DNA of 64,000 nucleotides from Pseudonocardia sp. Its GTDB lineage: Bacteria > Actinomycetota > Actinomycetes > Mycobacteriales > Pseudonocardiaceae. Below, piece after piece: positions 28,831-40,414 of the stretch. The notes below the pieces were generated by a model. That model did no database searches. It saw nothing but the letters and a program-made list of their open reading frames with translations, and was not told the origin of the DNA. Within the stretch, counting starts at the first letter, position 1. Every line of letters begins with the position of its first letter. A program made the position numbers and the translations under genes. Location: the NCBI GenBank assembly GCA_035557575.1, contig DATMDS010000231.1, forward strand, positions 209-64,208, in the 5' to 3' direction.

Positions 28831-28876
28831 TCGAGCGCGAGCGGCCGACCTGGGGCTCAGGGGCTAGCCTCGGCGG

Positions 28877-29383
28877 GTGCGCTTCTTCTACGACTGCGAG
28901 TTCATCGAGGATGGACGGACGATCGACCTGGTGTCCGTCGGCGTGGTCGGGGAGGACGGGCGGGAGTTCTACGCGGTGTCCACCGAGTTCGACCCGACCC
29001 GCGCCGGACCCTGGGTGCGCAGCAACGTGCTGCCCAAGCTGCCCGCGCACGCGAACCCGGCTTGGCGCTCGCGGGCGCGGATCCGGACCGACCTGCTGCG
29101 GTTCCTCACCGCGGCGGACGGCGAGGTGGAGCTGTGGGCCTGGATCGCCGCCTACGACCACGTGGCGATCTGCCAGCTGTGGGGCGCGATGCCGGACCTG
29201 CCACGGGCACTGCCCCGGTTCACCCGAGAGCTCCGCCAGCGCTGGGAGGATGCCGGCCGGCCGCAGTTGCCGCCACCGACCGTGGATGCCCACGACGCGC
29301 TGGCCGATGCCCGGCTGAACCTGCGTCGGTGGGAGGCCATCGAGGCCGCGCTGTCCGCGGGTGCGGCACGCACCGGCGGGTGA
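28877..29383 (+). CDS. Polyadenylate-specific 3'-exoribonuclease RNase AS (Rv2179c-like)
   Basis: RFFYDCEFIEDG..YDHVAICQLWG..HDALADA. Confidence 0.9.
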   Translation: MRFFYDCEFIEDGRTIDLVSVGVVGEDGREFYAVSTEFDPTRAGPWVRSNVLPKLPAHANPAWRSRARIRTDLLRFLTAADGEVELWAWIAAYDHVAICQLWGAMPDLPRALPRFTRELRQRWEDAGRPQLPPPTVDAHDALADARLNLRRWEAIEAALSAGAARTGG

Positions 29384-29507
29384 CGCCCCCGGCTCCGGTC
29401 GATAGGGCCGAACGTCACGGTGGCCGCCCGCGGGAAGCGGGCGGCCACCTGCCGGGATCGGGCTGAAGGGTGGAACCGGAGCCGGTGCGGAGCGACGCGC
29501 GAGGTGA

Positions 29508-31217
<1,710 letters not shown>

Positions 31218-31222
31218 GCGCG

Positions 31223-32140
31223 GTGTACCTCGGCGTCGACTGGGGTGGCACGAAGATCGAGTCGATCGCGCTGGCTGCCGACGGCAGCGCCCTGGCCCGG
31301 CACCGGTGCGACACCCCGCGCTCGGACTACGACGGCTGCCTGCGCGCGATCCGCGGGCTGGTCGAGCGCGTCGAACAGGAGCTCGGTCACCGCTTCCCCC
31401 GGGTCGGGGTCGGGCTGCCGGGTTCGCTGGACCCGCGGACCGGGATCGCCAAGGGTGCCTCGTCGACCTGGATGAACGGCCGGCGCGCCGAGGACGACCT
31501 GCGGGCGGCGCTCGGCCGGGACGTGCGGACCAGCAACGACGCCGACTGCTTGGCGGTGTCCGAGGCCGTCGACGGGGCCGGCGCCGGGTACCGCGTGGTG
31601 TTCGCGGTGATCCTGGGTACCGGGGCGGGGGCCGGCATCGCCGTCGACGGGCAGGCCCACCACGGCCCGAACAACGGGGCGGGGGAGTGGGGGCACAACC
31701 CGCTGCCGCTGCCCGACGTCAGCGAGATCCCCGGCACCGCCTGCTACTGCGGCAAACACGGCTGCCTGGAGACGTGGGTGTCCGGCCGCGCTTTCGCCCG
31801 CGACTACGCCCGGCACGCCTCGGTCGACCTGGCCGAGCCGGTCGACCTGCGCCCGGCCCAGATCGTCGAGCGGATGCGCGCGGGCGACCGGCTGGCCCGG
31901 CTGGTCTGGCAGCGCTACGTCGACCGGGTCGGGCGCGGGCTGTCGCTCGTGCTCAACGTGCTGGATCCGGACGTGTTCGTGATGGGAGGTGGGATGTCGA
32001 ACGTGGTGGAGCTCTACGCCGACCTGCCGCCGGTGCTGGCGCGCTACGCGTTCTCGCCGGTGCTGCACACGCCGGTGCTGGCGGCGGCGCACGGTGACTC
32101 CAGCGGGGTACGCGGCGCGGCCTGGCTGTGGAAGCCGTGA
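31223..32140 (+). CDS. ROK family sugar kinase, Mak/fructokinase-like
   Basis: GVDWGGTKIE, SNDADCLAVSEA.DGAG, GEWGHNPLP..CYCGKHGCLE, HGDSSGVRGAAWLW. Confidence 0.85.
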   Translation: MYLGVDWGGTKIESIALAADGSALARHRCDTPRSDYDGCLRAIRGLVERVEQELGHRFPRVGVGLPGSLDPRTGIAKGASSTWMNGRRAEDDLRAALGRDVRTSNDADCLAVSEAVDGAGAGYRVVFAVILGTGAGAGIAVDGQAHHGPNNGAGEWGHNPLPLPDVSEIPGTACYCGKHGCLETWVSGRAFARDYARHASVDLAEPVDLRPAQIVERMRAGDRLARLVWQRYVDRVGRGLSLVLNVLDPDVFVMGGGMSNVVELYADLPPVLARYAFSPVLHTPVLAAAHGDSSGVRGAAWLWKP

Positions 32141-32928
32141 CCGCCGACCTGGCGGCCCGCTACGAGCTGGGCCGGACGCTGATCCGGCGGGCCGGTGAGC
32201 TGGCCGCCGGCTACGCCGCCCGGCTCGCCGACCTGCCGGTGCGCAGCAAGGGCGTGCAGGACGTCGTCACGGAGGCCGACGTGGCGGTGGAACTGCTGAT
32301 CAAGCAGGCCGTGGCGGACGCCTTTCCGGGCGACGCGTTCCTCGGCGAGGAGACCGGGCCCAGCGCCGTCACCGGCGCCGATCACATCTGGGTGGTGGAC
32401 CCGATCGACGGCACCCAGCCCTTCGTCAGCGGCCTGACCAGCTGGTGCATCTCCATCGCGCTCGTCGCCGGCGGCGAGCTGCAGTTCGGCATGGTCTACA
32501 ACCCGCCGCTGGACGAGCTGTTCGAGGGCGGCCGCGGCCGGCCCGCGCTGCTCAACGGCCGCCCGATCGCGCCGCACCCCGGCCGGGACCTGACCGAGGG
32601 CATCGTCACCGTCGGCTACTCGCCGCGCGTCGGCCCGGACCAGATCGTGCCGGTGTTCGACCGGCTGCTGCGCCGCGGCGGGATGTTCTTCCGCAACGGC
32701 TCGGGTGCGCTGACCCTGTGCTACGTGAGCTGCGGGCGGATGCTCGGCTACGTCGAGCCGCACGTGAACTCCTGGGACGCCCTCGGTGGGATCGCGGTGC
32801 TGCAGGCCGCCGGCGGCCGGACCAACGACTTCCTGGACGGGGACGGACTGCTGGCCGGGAACCGCATCGTGGCCGGGCCACCGGCGGTCTACGAGGCGCT
32901 GGACGAGGTCCTCGGCCCGCCCCGCTGA
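32137..32928 (+). CDS. Inositol monophosphatase family protein
   Basis: DVVTEAD, GEE, WVVDPIDGT, WDALGG; GTGA overlap with kinase stop. Confidence 0.88.
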   Translation: MTADLAARYELGRTLIRRAGELAAGYAARLADLPVRSKGVQDVVTEADVAVELLIKQAVADAFPGDAFLGEETGPSAVTGADHIWVVDPIDGTQPFVSGLTSWCISIALVAGGELQFGMVYNPPLDELFEGGRGRPALLNGRPIAPHPGRDLTEGIVTVGYSPRVGPDQIVPVFDRLLRRGGMFFRNGSGALTLCYVSCGRMLGYVEPHVNSWDALGGIAVLQAAGGRTNDFLDGDGLLAGNRIVAGPPAVYEALDEVLGPPR

Positions 32929-32946
32929 CGCGGCGAGCGCCCGGGA

Positions 32947-33603
32947 TCACCCGGGGCCCGGGACGTCCGGAGTGTTGTCGTGACCCGGGCGGCGCGGGCT
33001 CGGCGCGTTCAGACGGTAGCGCAGGGCCAGCAACCGGATCGCGAAACAGAGCGCGGCGGCGCCGACGGCGACCGGTCCGCCGCGCACGTCCAGCTCGTGG
33101 GCCAGCACCAGCACCGCGGCCCCGAGCAGCGCCGGCACGGCGTACAGCCCGCTGTGCAGCACGTCCGGTACCCGGCGCAGCAGCACGTCCCGGAGCGTCC
33201 CGCCACCGACCGCGGTCACCGCGCCGAGGATGATCGCCTGGCCCGGTCCGAGCCCGTGCTCCAGCGCCTTGAGCGCGCCGGTGACCGCGAACAGGCTGAG
33301 CCCGGCCGCGTCCAGCAGCTCGATCACCGGTGCGGCGGACGCCAGCAGCCGGCCGAGGAAGAACGCCAGCAACCCGCCGGTCGCGGCCACCGCCAGGTAG
33401 CGCCAGTCGCTGAAGGTGGCCGGCGGCACCGCGCCCAGGATGACGTCGCGCAGGATCCCGCCGCCGATCGCGGTGATCGAGGCCAGGGTGAGCACGCCGA
33501 CGATGTCGATGCGCGCGGCGCGCATGGCGGTCAGCGCGCCGTTGAGGGCGAAGGCGAAGGTCCCGGCCAGATCGAGGACGAGCAGCACGACGTCAGGTCG
33601 CAT
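32947..33603 (-). CDS. TRIC channel / UPF0126 (YadS-like) membrane protein
   Basis: DLAGTFAFALNGAL, TAIGGGILRDV, DAAGLSLFAVTGA, GGGTLRDVLL, LYAVPA. Confidence 0.88.
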   Translation of the reverse strand: MRPDVVLLVLDLAGTFAFALNGALTAMRAARIDIVGVLTLASITAIGGGILRDVILGAVPPATFSDWRYLAVAATGGLLAFFLGRLLASAAPVIELLDAAGLSLFAVTGALKALEHGLGPGQAIILGAVTAVGGGTLRDVLLRRVPDVLHSGLYAVPALLGAAVLVLAHELDVRGGPVAVGAAALCFAIRLLALRYRLNAPSPRRPGHDNTPDVPGPG

Positions 33604-33655
33604 CACGTGGTTCTACTACCCGGGCGGCACCGCCGGGGCCGGCCACCTGATGCGG

Positions 33656-35326
33656 TCACTGCCAGGGACCGAATCCGGCGAAGTGCGACCGCTCGACACA
33701 GGCGGCCAGCTGCTGGCCGACCTGCTGCAGCTGCGGCACGGCGTGCACCGCGTCCAGCCGACCGACCTGCCGCGGGTCGACTCCGGTCAGGCCGAGCAGA
33801 TCGAGCCCGCGCCGGCTGAGATCGACGTTGTAACGGACGTAGGAGAACAGCGACTGCGAGACCGGCTCGTCCACCGGGTCGTCGAACTCCGTGTCCACCG
33901 ACGGGCCGTAGCGGCACTGCCCGAGAACTCGACACAACCGATCGTTCTCGACCGAGCTCCCGTTCATGACGACCTTGAGCACGTTTCGCATGTTGAACAG
34001 CAGGTTCATCTTCTCCCGAGCGAGGTTGGCGTGTGCTGCGGGCGCGAACCCGGTGCCCACCGAGACCAACAGCAGCTGGTCCGCGCCCGTGGGCCAGCCG
34101 AGGCGGTACTGGCGCGCGGTCGCCATCTGGAAGAGCAGCAGCGCCGGGTTGTTGAAGGGGGTGATCCCGCCGTCCTGGAAGAGGACCGAGCTCGTGTGGA
34201 GGTCGATGCTCTCGGGCGGGAAGTAGACCGGAGCCGCGGACGAGCCGCGGACCACCTTCCACAACGGCAGGTCGAGGTTGCAGTCCGGGCGGCCCCGGCT
34301 GTTGTACTTCGCCCAGGTGTTGTTGGACAGCGGCCAGAGGGAATCGGTGTCGGTGCGGTGCAGGACGACCAGCAGCAGGCTCCGTAGCCGGTCATCCCCC
34401 AGCGCGGTAGACGCGCCGTAGTAGCCGGCCAGCAGCTGGGACAGCGCGCCCCTCCTGTACAGCGACTTCAGGCGGGCCGGGTAGAACCGCCGCCGGAACA
34501 CCGGTTCGGCCATCGTCAGATACATCTCGGTGATGTCGTCGACGCGCTTCCCGAGCGCCAGCCCGGCCGCAATGATCGCGCCGGTGCTGGTGCCGGCGAT
34601 GTAGTCGAAGTAGTCGGACAGCACGAAGCCGGGGGAGTTCCCGCCGAGCTGCGTCTCCATCCGGGCCAGCACCTGCAGCGTGATCAACCCGCGCAGGCCG
34701 CCGCCGTCGAGCGCGAGCAGGCGCTTCGGCCCTGGAGCCGACTGCCGTTCCCAGTACGGCACGTTCGGGGTGCGCCACGCCTGGCGCGGCACCACGGTGG
34801 TCACGGCCAGCCCCCGCTCGCGCGCCAGCCGCACGAAGTGGGAGGTCCCGCCGGTGCCATCGCCCTCCTGCTGGTCCCACACCGCGAGCACCCGTAGCTC
34901 CCGGCCTGCCGCTTCGGCCACGGCCTGCTCGAGCGCCCAGGCGTTCGCGCGGGCGTACGGCGCGTCGGACACCCGGGAAGCGGGCAGGACCTCAACCCGC
35001 TCGGCCGCAGCGAGTACGTCGTCGAAGCGTTGGCCCCACGCCGTCCCCGGCAGTTCCACCGACCCGGCTCGGAACTCCGCCGGGTCCTTCGCGAGCAGCA
35101 CGACAACCCGCCCGCCGCGCCGGAGCGCGTGCTCGGCCACCAGCAGATCGGCGCCGCGAGCGCCCTGCGTGATGGCCGTGTCGCCGGGACCGAACCGCCA
35201 CCGGTCGAGCGCGTCATCGACGGCGGCGCCGACCCGGGGCTCGGCCTCCGGCGGGAAGCGAGGACTGGTGCGATCCAATCCGTCGATCATGTGTCCGCTC
35301 TCCACCACGACCTGACCCGTCGCCAC
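33656..35326 (-). CDS. SLOG-domain / patatin-like phospholipase fusion (556 aa)
   Basis: N-terminal SGHMID..PRFP, GARGAD, AVWD..GDGTGGT; C-terminal ALDGGGLRG, GTSTG, QDGG; GGAGGG SD before GTG. Confidence 0.8.
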   Translation of the reverse strand: MATGQVVVESGHMIDGLDRTSPRFPPEAEPRVGAAVDDALDRWRFGPGDTAITQGARGADLLVAEHALRRGGRVVVLLAKDPAEFRAGSVELPGTAWGQRFDDVLAAAERVEVLPASRVSDAPYARANAWALEQAVAEAAGRELRVLAVWDQQEGDGTGGTSHFVRLARERGLAVTTVVPRQAWRTPNVPYWERQSAPGPKRLLALDGGGLRGLITLQVLARMETQLGGNSPGFVLSDYFDYIAGTSTGAIIAAGLALGKRVDDITEMYLTMAEPVFRRRFYPARLKSLYRRGALSQLLAGYYGASTALGDDRLRSLLLVVLHRTDTDSLWPLSNNTWAKYNSRGRPDCNLDLPLWKVVRGSSAAPVYFPPESIDLHTSSVLFQDGGITPFNNPALLLFQMATARQYRLGWPTGADQLLLVSVGTGFAPAAHANLAREKMNLLFNMRNVLKVVMNGSSVENDRLCRVLGQCRYGPSVDTEFDDPVDEPVSQSLFSYVRYNVDLSRRGLDLLGLTGVDPRQVGRLDAVHAVPQLQQVGQQLAACVERSHFAGFGPWQ

Positions 35327-35402
35327 GCGTCCCTCCTCGGACTGTGTCGCCAACTCGTGTGCGGAGCCCGATGCGGGCGCGGCCGCTAAAGACTCCCTGT
35401 CC

Positions 35403-37289
35403 CTACAGCGTGTAGAGGGTGATCGTCGTGCCGCGGTCGACCATCGAGCCGGCACCGTGGCTCTGCTGCACGACCCGGTTCCCCCGGAGCCGATCGCGGA
35501 GCCGGTCCGGGATGCGGTCGCCGAACCCGCCCTGGGACTGCCGCTCGACCTCCAGGCCCAGCTGCTCGAGCCGGTCGCGGGCGTCGTCGAAGTCATCGTT
35601 GATCACGGAGGGGACCCGGACCTGCGCCGAGTCGTCGGACCCGTCGTCGCCGCCCCGGCTCAACACCAGGGCGACCCGGGAGCCGCGGGCCAGCGGGGTG
35701 CCGGCGCCGGGTTCGGTGCGGATCACCGTGTCCTCCGGGACCGAGTCGCTGAACTCCGCGTCGCCGGAGTCGGTGTCCGGCTCGAACCCGGCCGCGGTGA
35801 TCCGGCGTTCGGCCTCGTCGGCCGCGGTACCCGCCGCGATCGCCGGCACCGTGGGCAGCCCGGCGGAGATCGACAGGATGACCGCGGTGCCGCGCGACAG
35901 CCGGGCCCCGGGTGGCTGGTCGGCCGCGGCAACCACGCCGGCCGGGCTCCCGTCGGCCTCGACGGTGGTGCTGGTGCCGGTCAGGCCGGCCTGGAGAAGC
36001 AGCTGCTGAGCGGAGGCCTCGGGCAGCCCGACCACCGCCGGCATCTCGGTCCAGCGCCCGGCGCCCAACCACCAGGCCGCGGTGCCGATCAGCACGGTCA
36101 ACGCGAGCACGAGCGCCACCCAGGTGGCGAACACCCGGCGGCTGCGCCGGCGGGACTGCGGATATGCCGGGGGGCCGGCCGGCCCGGCGGCGTCCACCGG
36201 TGGGCGCGCCAGGGTCCGGGTGCCACCAGGGCCCACCCCGGCCGCGCCGTGGCCGGGCCAGCCGCCGTCGGCCGCCGGGTGGGACCGGAGCCGGCCGGCG
36301 CCCGGGGAACCGGAGGCCGGATCGACGCCGGGTCGACCGCCGTGGTGGGGGAGTGACGCCGCCGGCGCCGGCCCCGGGCCGGCCGGAACAGTGGCCGGCT
36401 CGCTGAGCATCTGGGCCGGCGGCACCGGAACCGGCACCGCGGGCACCTCCAGCTGCGCCGCCACCCGGCGCAGCTCGGCCAGCAGCGCGCCGGCGTCGGC
36501 GGGGCGCCCGGCCGGGTCCCGGCGGGTGGCCCGCCGCACCAGCTCGTCCAGTTCGGGGGGCACGTCGCCGGCGATCTCGGACGGCGCCGGGACGTCCGAG
36601 TTCACGTGCCGGTAGGCCACCGATATCGCGGTGTCGCCGACAAAGGGCGGCTGCCCGACGAGCAGCTCGTAGAGCACGGTCCCGGCCGCGTAGACGTCGC
36701 TGCGGGCGTCCGCCGCGCCCGTCTCGACCTGCTCCGGGGACAGGTAGGCCACCGTTCCCATGATCATGCCGACGTGGCTGGCGCCGGCCTGGGCGGACGC
36801 CGTGACCAGGCCGAAGTCGGCCACCTTGACCTCGCCGGCCCCGCTGATCAGCACGTTCTCCGGCTTCACGTCGCGGTGCACCAGGCCCAGCCGGTGCGCT
36901 TCGGCGAGCCCGCCGAGCACCGGTTCCAGCACCGCGAACGCGGCCGGCACCCCGACGGCCCCGCGGGCCCGCAGCACATCCCGCAGGGTGCCGCCCTCGA
37001 CCAGCTCCATCACCAGGAAGATGACCGGCCCGTCGAACCCCGCGACCTCGCCCTGGTCGTGCACGTCGACGACCGCCGGATGGTCGATGCGCGCGGCCGA
37101 GCGGGCCTCCCGCTCGAAGCGCATCCGGAAGGCCGGGTCCGCGGCCAGCTGCGCGTCCATGATCTTGATGGCCACCGGCCGGTCCAGGCGGGTGTCGACA
37201 CCGCGGTACACCGTGGACATCCCGCCGCGGGCGATGACCGCGCCCAGCCGGTAGCGCGCATCGAGCAGCGCGGCCGGCGGTGCGTTCAC
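35403..37289 (-). CDS. pknL: PASTA-domain Ser/Thr protein kinase (PknL-like)
   Basis: ARGGMSTVY, VAIK, HRDVKPEN, DFG, YLSPEQ; TM followed by about three PASTA repeats. Confidence 0.9.
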   Translation of the reverse strand: MNAPPAALLDARYRLGAVIARGGMSTVYRGVDTRLDRPVAIKIMDAQLAADPAFRMRFEREARSAARIDHPAVVDVHDQGEVAGFDGPVIFLVMELVEGGTLRDVLRARGAVGVPAAFAVLEPVLGGLAEAHRLGLVHRDVKPENVLISGAGEVKVADFGLVTASAQAGASHVGMIMGTVAYLSPEQVETGAADARSDVYAAGTVLYELLVGQPPFVGDTAISVAYRHVNSDVPAPSEIAGDVPPELDELVRRATRRDPAGRPADAGALLAELRRVAAQLEVPAVPVPVPPAQMLSEPATVPAGPGPAPAASLPHHGGRPGVDPASGSPGAGRLRSHPAADGGWPGHGAAGVGPGGTRTLARPPVDAAGPAGPPAYPQSRRRSRRVFATWVALVLALTVLIGTAAWWLGAGRWTEMPAVVGLPEASAQQLLLQAGLTGTSTTVEADGSPAGVVAAADQPPGARLSRGTAVILSISAGLPTVPAIAAGTAADEAERRITAAGFEPDTDSGDAEFSDSVPEDTVIRTEPGAGTPLARGSRVALVLSRGGDDGSDDSAQVRVPSVINDDFDDARDRLEQLGLEVERQSQGGFGDRIPDRLRDRLRGNRVVQQSHGAGSMVDRGTTITLYTL

Positions 37290-37355
37290 ACTGCGACGGT
37301 ACCGCCCTCACACGGTGGTGCCGGAGCTGCCGCGCCTGTGGCAGTGTAGGCGCCC

Positions 37356-37709
37356 GTGAACGAGGTGTTCGAGCTGTCCGCGGACGTGGCGACCCTGCCC
37401 GTTGCGGAAGTCGCGCAACGACTGTCGGTGCCGGTGTCCCGGATCCACCAGCTGGTCCGTGACGGCCAGCTGCTGTCCGTCCGGCGCGGCGGTGAGGTGC
37501 TGGTACCGGCCGACTTCCTGGACGAGTCCGTGGTCGTCAAGGGCCTGTCGGGGACCATCACGGTGCTGCGCGACGGTGGTTACTCCGACACCGACATCCT
37601 GCGCTGGCTGTTCGCGGAGGAGGACTCGCTGCCCGGCACGCCGATCGCGTCGCTGCGCGCCGGCCGGCACCGCGAGGTCAAGCGCCGGGCCCAGGCCATG
37701 GCCTTCTGA
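37356..37709 (+). CDS. Rv2175c-family DNA-binding protein
   Basis: [46 protein letters not shown]; divergent from pknL. Confidence 0.9.
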   Translation: MNEVFELSADVATLPVAEVAQRLSVPVSRIHQLVRDGQLLSVRRGGEVLVPADFLDESVVVKGLSGTITVLRDGGYSDTDILRWLFAEEDSLPGTPIASLRAGRHREVKRRAQAMAF

Positions 37710-38658
37710 CCCCACTGACCCGACCGACCCGGCTGCCGAGGGCCCGGGCCAGGCCGGGCACCGCCACTGCGAGCCGGCGTCGGATCGGCACCGCCACCCG
37801 GCGGTGCAGCACGTCGAAGTCGACGGCCTCGATCTCGTCGAGGATTCCGCGGTAGAGGACGAACGCGCAGCGCACGCAGTCCCGGGACACCGGCTCCAGC
37901 ATGGTGATACCCGGCTCCGCCCGCCGGTAGACGGCGCGGGTGTGCGCCACCAGGTGGGCCAGCGCCCGGCGGACCGCCCCGTCGGTCCGCTGCTCGCGCC
38001 GGCACCGCAGCAACAGCTCGCGGTCGACCCCGAACGCGGCCAGCTCGGCGGTCGGCAGGTAGACCCGGCCCCGGTCGAGGTCCTCGCCGACGTCGCGCAG
38101 GAAGTTCGTCAGCTGGAACGCGATGCCCAGGTCGGCGGCGTGTGGCTCGGCCTCCGCCCGGGGCACGGTGGTGCCCAGGACCGGCACCATCTGCAGCCCG
38201 ATCACGGCGGCCGAACCGTGCATGTAGACGCCCAGGTCGTCGAAGGTGGGGTAGCCGGTGACGTGGGTGTCCATCCGCATCGACGTCAGGAAGTCGGTGA
38301 AGTGCCGGTGCGCGATGTCGTAGCGGCGGGCCGTGTCGGCGACCGCCGCGAGCACCGGCTGCCCGGTCGGTTCCCCGGCCAGGGCCCTGGTCAGCTCGGC
38401 GTCCAGCGCATCGAGGCGGGCCAGCTTCTCCTCCGCCGGCCGGTCGTCGCCCAGATCGTCGACGATCTCGTCGGCGTAGCGGGCGAATCCGTAGAGCGCG
38501 TGCACCGCCGGCCGCCGCGCGGCCGGGAGCAACCGGGTGGCCAGGAAGTAGGTGCGCCCGTGGTGGGCGTGCAGCTCCCGGCTGGTGGTGTAGGCGGCGC
38601 GCAGCGCGGGATCGGTGATCCCGGCGGCGTCGAGCTCAGCCCGACCGGGGCTCGGCAC
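37678..38658 (-). CDS. crtB: Phytoene synthase
   Basis: [48 protein letters not shown]. Confidence 0.92.
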   Translation of the reverse strand: MPSPGRAELDAAGITDPALRAAYTTSRELHAHHGRTYFLATRLLPAARRPAVHALYGFARYADEIVDDLGDDRPAEEKLARLDALDAELTRALAGEPTGQPVLAAVADTARRYDIAHRHFTDFLTSMRMDTHVTGYPTFDDLGVYMHGSAAVIGLQMVPVLGTTVPRAEAEPHAADLGIAFQLTNFLRDVGEDLDRGRVYLPTAELAAFGVDRELLLRCRREQRTDGAVRRALAHLVAHTRAVYRRAEPGITMLEPVSRDCVRCAFVLYRGILDEIEAVDFDVLHRRVAVPIRRRLAVAVPGLARALGSRVGRVSGVRRPWPGPGA

Positions 38659-40294
38659 CGGCGACGGCGGGGAGGTCGGGCTCGGCGGCCGGGTCGGGGG
38701 CCGCGGGGGCGGCCGCGGGCCGGCGACCGCCGAGCCGCAGCGGGTCCGGGAGGACGAGCGAGATCGCGGCCAGCACCGCCATCAGCCCGCAGCCGAACAG
38801 GTAGGGGAAGTTGTAGAGCGCGTCCTCGCCGCTGGGGTAGTAGACGATCACCAGCATCAGCGAGAGGAAGACGGTGAACACCAGCTTGGGCCGGGTCCAG
38901 GGGGCGGCGGCCAGCAGCGCCATGCCCCAGCTGACGTACCAGGGCAGCGTGGCCGGCGACAGCACGGCCACCGCGAGCAGCACCAGCCCGGCCCGGCGGA
39001 TCGCGTCCGGGCCGCCGTCGCGCGCCGCCCACCACTGGCGGTAGGCGATCCACAGCAGCAGGGCCGCGCCGAGTACGCGGGCCACGTTGATGAACGGCTG
39101 CTTGGGCACCGGACCGATCGAGTTGATCACCGTGTGCAGGAACTCGCCGATGCCCGTCGGGATCGACATCCAGTTCACGATCATCGACGGCGCGCTCAGC
39201 GCGGGTAGCCAGCCCAGCCCGACGCCGGCCGCGAGGGTGCACGCGGTGAACACCACGGTGAACACCGCGACCCCGGCCGCGGTGGCCCGGGCGATCCGCG
39301 GCCACAGCGGCCCGGACAGCTGCCCGGCCCAGACCAGCACCAGGAACGGCAGCGCCACCGCGGCGCTGGCCTTGATCGCCATCGCCAGCGTGACCAGTGC
39401 GACGCCCCGGGCCGGCGCGCCGCGCAGCGCGACCAGCGAACCGGCCGCGAGCAGGCCCATGACCAGCAGGTCGTTGTGCCCGCCGCCGATCATGTGGATG
39501 ACCATCATCGGGTTGGCCACGGCCACCCACAGCGACACCGGGACGCGGCCGCCGAGGCGCCGGGTCAGCTCGGGCAGCGCCCAGATGAACAGCACCAGCC
39601 CGGGCAGCAGGGCCAGCCGCATCATGACGATGCCGAGCACGATGTTGTTCCCGACCAGCCAGGACACCGACTTGGCCAGCAGGATGAACAGCGGTCCGTA
39701 CGGCGCCGGGGTGTCCTGCCAGAAGTAGTGCACGTTGTCGGTGAAGATCCCGGACATGGCCTCCGGACCGACCGCGTACGGGTCCAACCCGACCAGCGGC
39801 AGCCGGCCCTGGGCCAGGTAGCTGAAGATGTCCCGGGTGAACAGCGGCGGGGAGAGCAGCGTCGGCGCGATCCAGACCAGCGCGGTGGTGAGCACGGCCC
39901 GGCCGCGGACCCGATCGGCCAGCACCTCCCGGCCCAGCCTGATCCAGGCCCAGGCCATCAACGCGACCCCGATGTAGATCATCCAGCCGGCGAGGTCGCG
40001 GCCGTGCCCGTAGCGCCAGAAGCCGAGCACCGAGTTCGTCAGCAGCGGATCCCGGACCAGCACCCCGCCGGCCCCGAAGCCGCCGACCACCATCATCACG
40101 GAGGCGAGCAGACCCTGCAGCAGCGGTCCGCGCGGAGGCGCGCCCAGCCGGTCGCGCCACGTCCGGCCGCGACCGCGGTGCGGGCTCGCGTCCTGCGACG
40201 GAGGCGTCGAGCCGTCGGGGAGGGACCCGGGCTGATCCGCCGCCGGCGGCGCCGCTGGATCGACGGTTGATGGTGGCTTCATGACGCGTCCCAT
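38636..40294 (-). CDS. mptA: Alpha-(1->6)-mannopyranosyltransferase, MptA/MptB family
   Basis: [40 protein letters not shown]; multi-TM; syntenic with idsA and Rv2175c. Confidence 0.85.
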   Translation of the reverse strand: MGRVMKPPSTVDPAAPPAADQPGSLPDGSTPPSQDASPHRGRGRTWRDRLGAPPRGPLLQGLLASVMMVVGGFGAGGVLVRDPLLTNSVLGFWRYGHGRDLAGWMIYIGVALMAWAWIRLGREVLADRVRGRAVLTTALVWIAPTLLSPPLFTRDIFSYLAQGRLPLVGLDPYAVGPEAMSGIFTDNVHYFWQDTPAPYGPLFILLAKSVSWLVGNNIVLGIVMMRLALLPGLVLFIWALPELTRRLGGRVPVSLWVAVANPMMVIHMIGGGHNDLLVMGLLAAGSLVALRGAPARGVALVTLAMAIKASAAVALPFLVLVWAGQLSGPLWPRIARATAAGVAVFTVVFTACTLAAGVGLGWLPALSAPSMIVNWMSIPTGIGEFLHTVINSIGPVPKQPFINVARVLGAALLLWIAYRQWWAARDGGPDAIRRAGLVLLAVAVLSPATLPWYVSWGMALLAAAPWTRPKLVFTVFLSLMLVIVYYPSGEDALYNFPYLFGCGLMAVLAAISLVLPDPLRLGGRRPAAAPAAPDPAAEPDLPAVAGAEPRSG

Positions 40295-40336
40295 GTTCCC
40301 ATGGCCGCCCGGGCGCGGCGGCAGTACCCTACGCGC

Positions 40337-40414
40337 TCACCGCTGTCCCTCGCTGCGCTCGGTCGGCGCTTCGCGGGGGCGCTGTGAGCCTGGTTCGCTC
40401 GCACGCTCGCTCAC
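40337..40414 (-). repeat. MIRU-like 78-nt interspersed repeat / mini-ORF (copy 1)
   Basis: GTG overlaps the crtI TGA; encodes VSERASEPGSQRPREAPTERSEGQR; close match to 55504-55581. Confidence 0.8.

Noticed and set aside
35327-35596. N-terminal extension of the SLOG-patatin ORF into pknL
   Set aside because: It overlaps pknL out of frame; a strong GGAGGG SD precedes GTG 35326.
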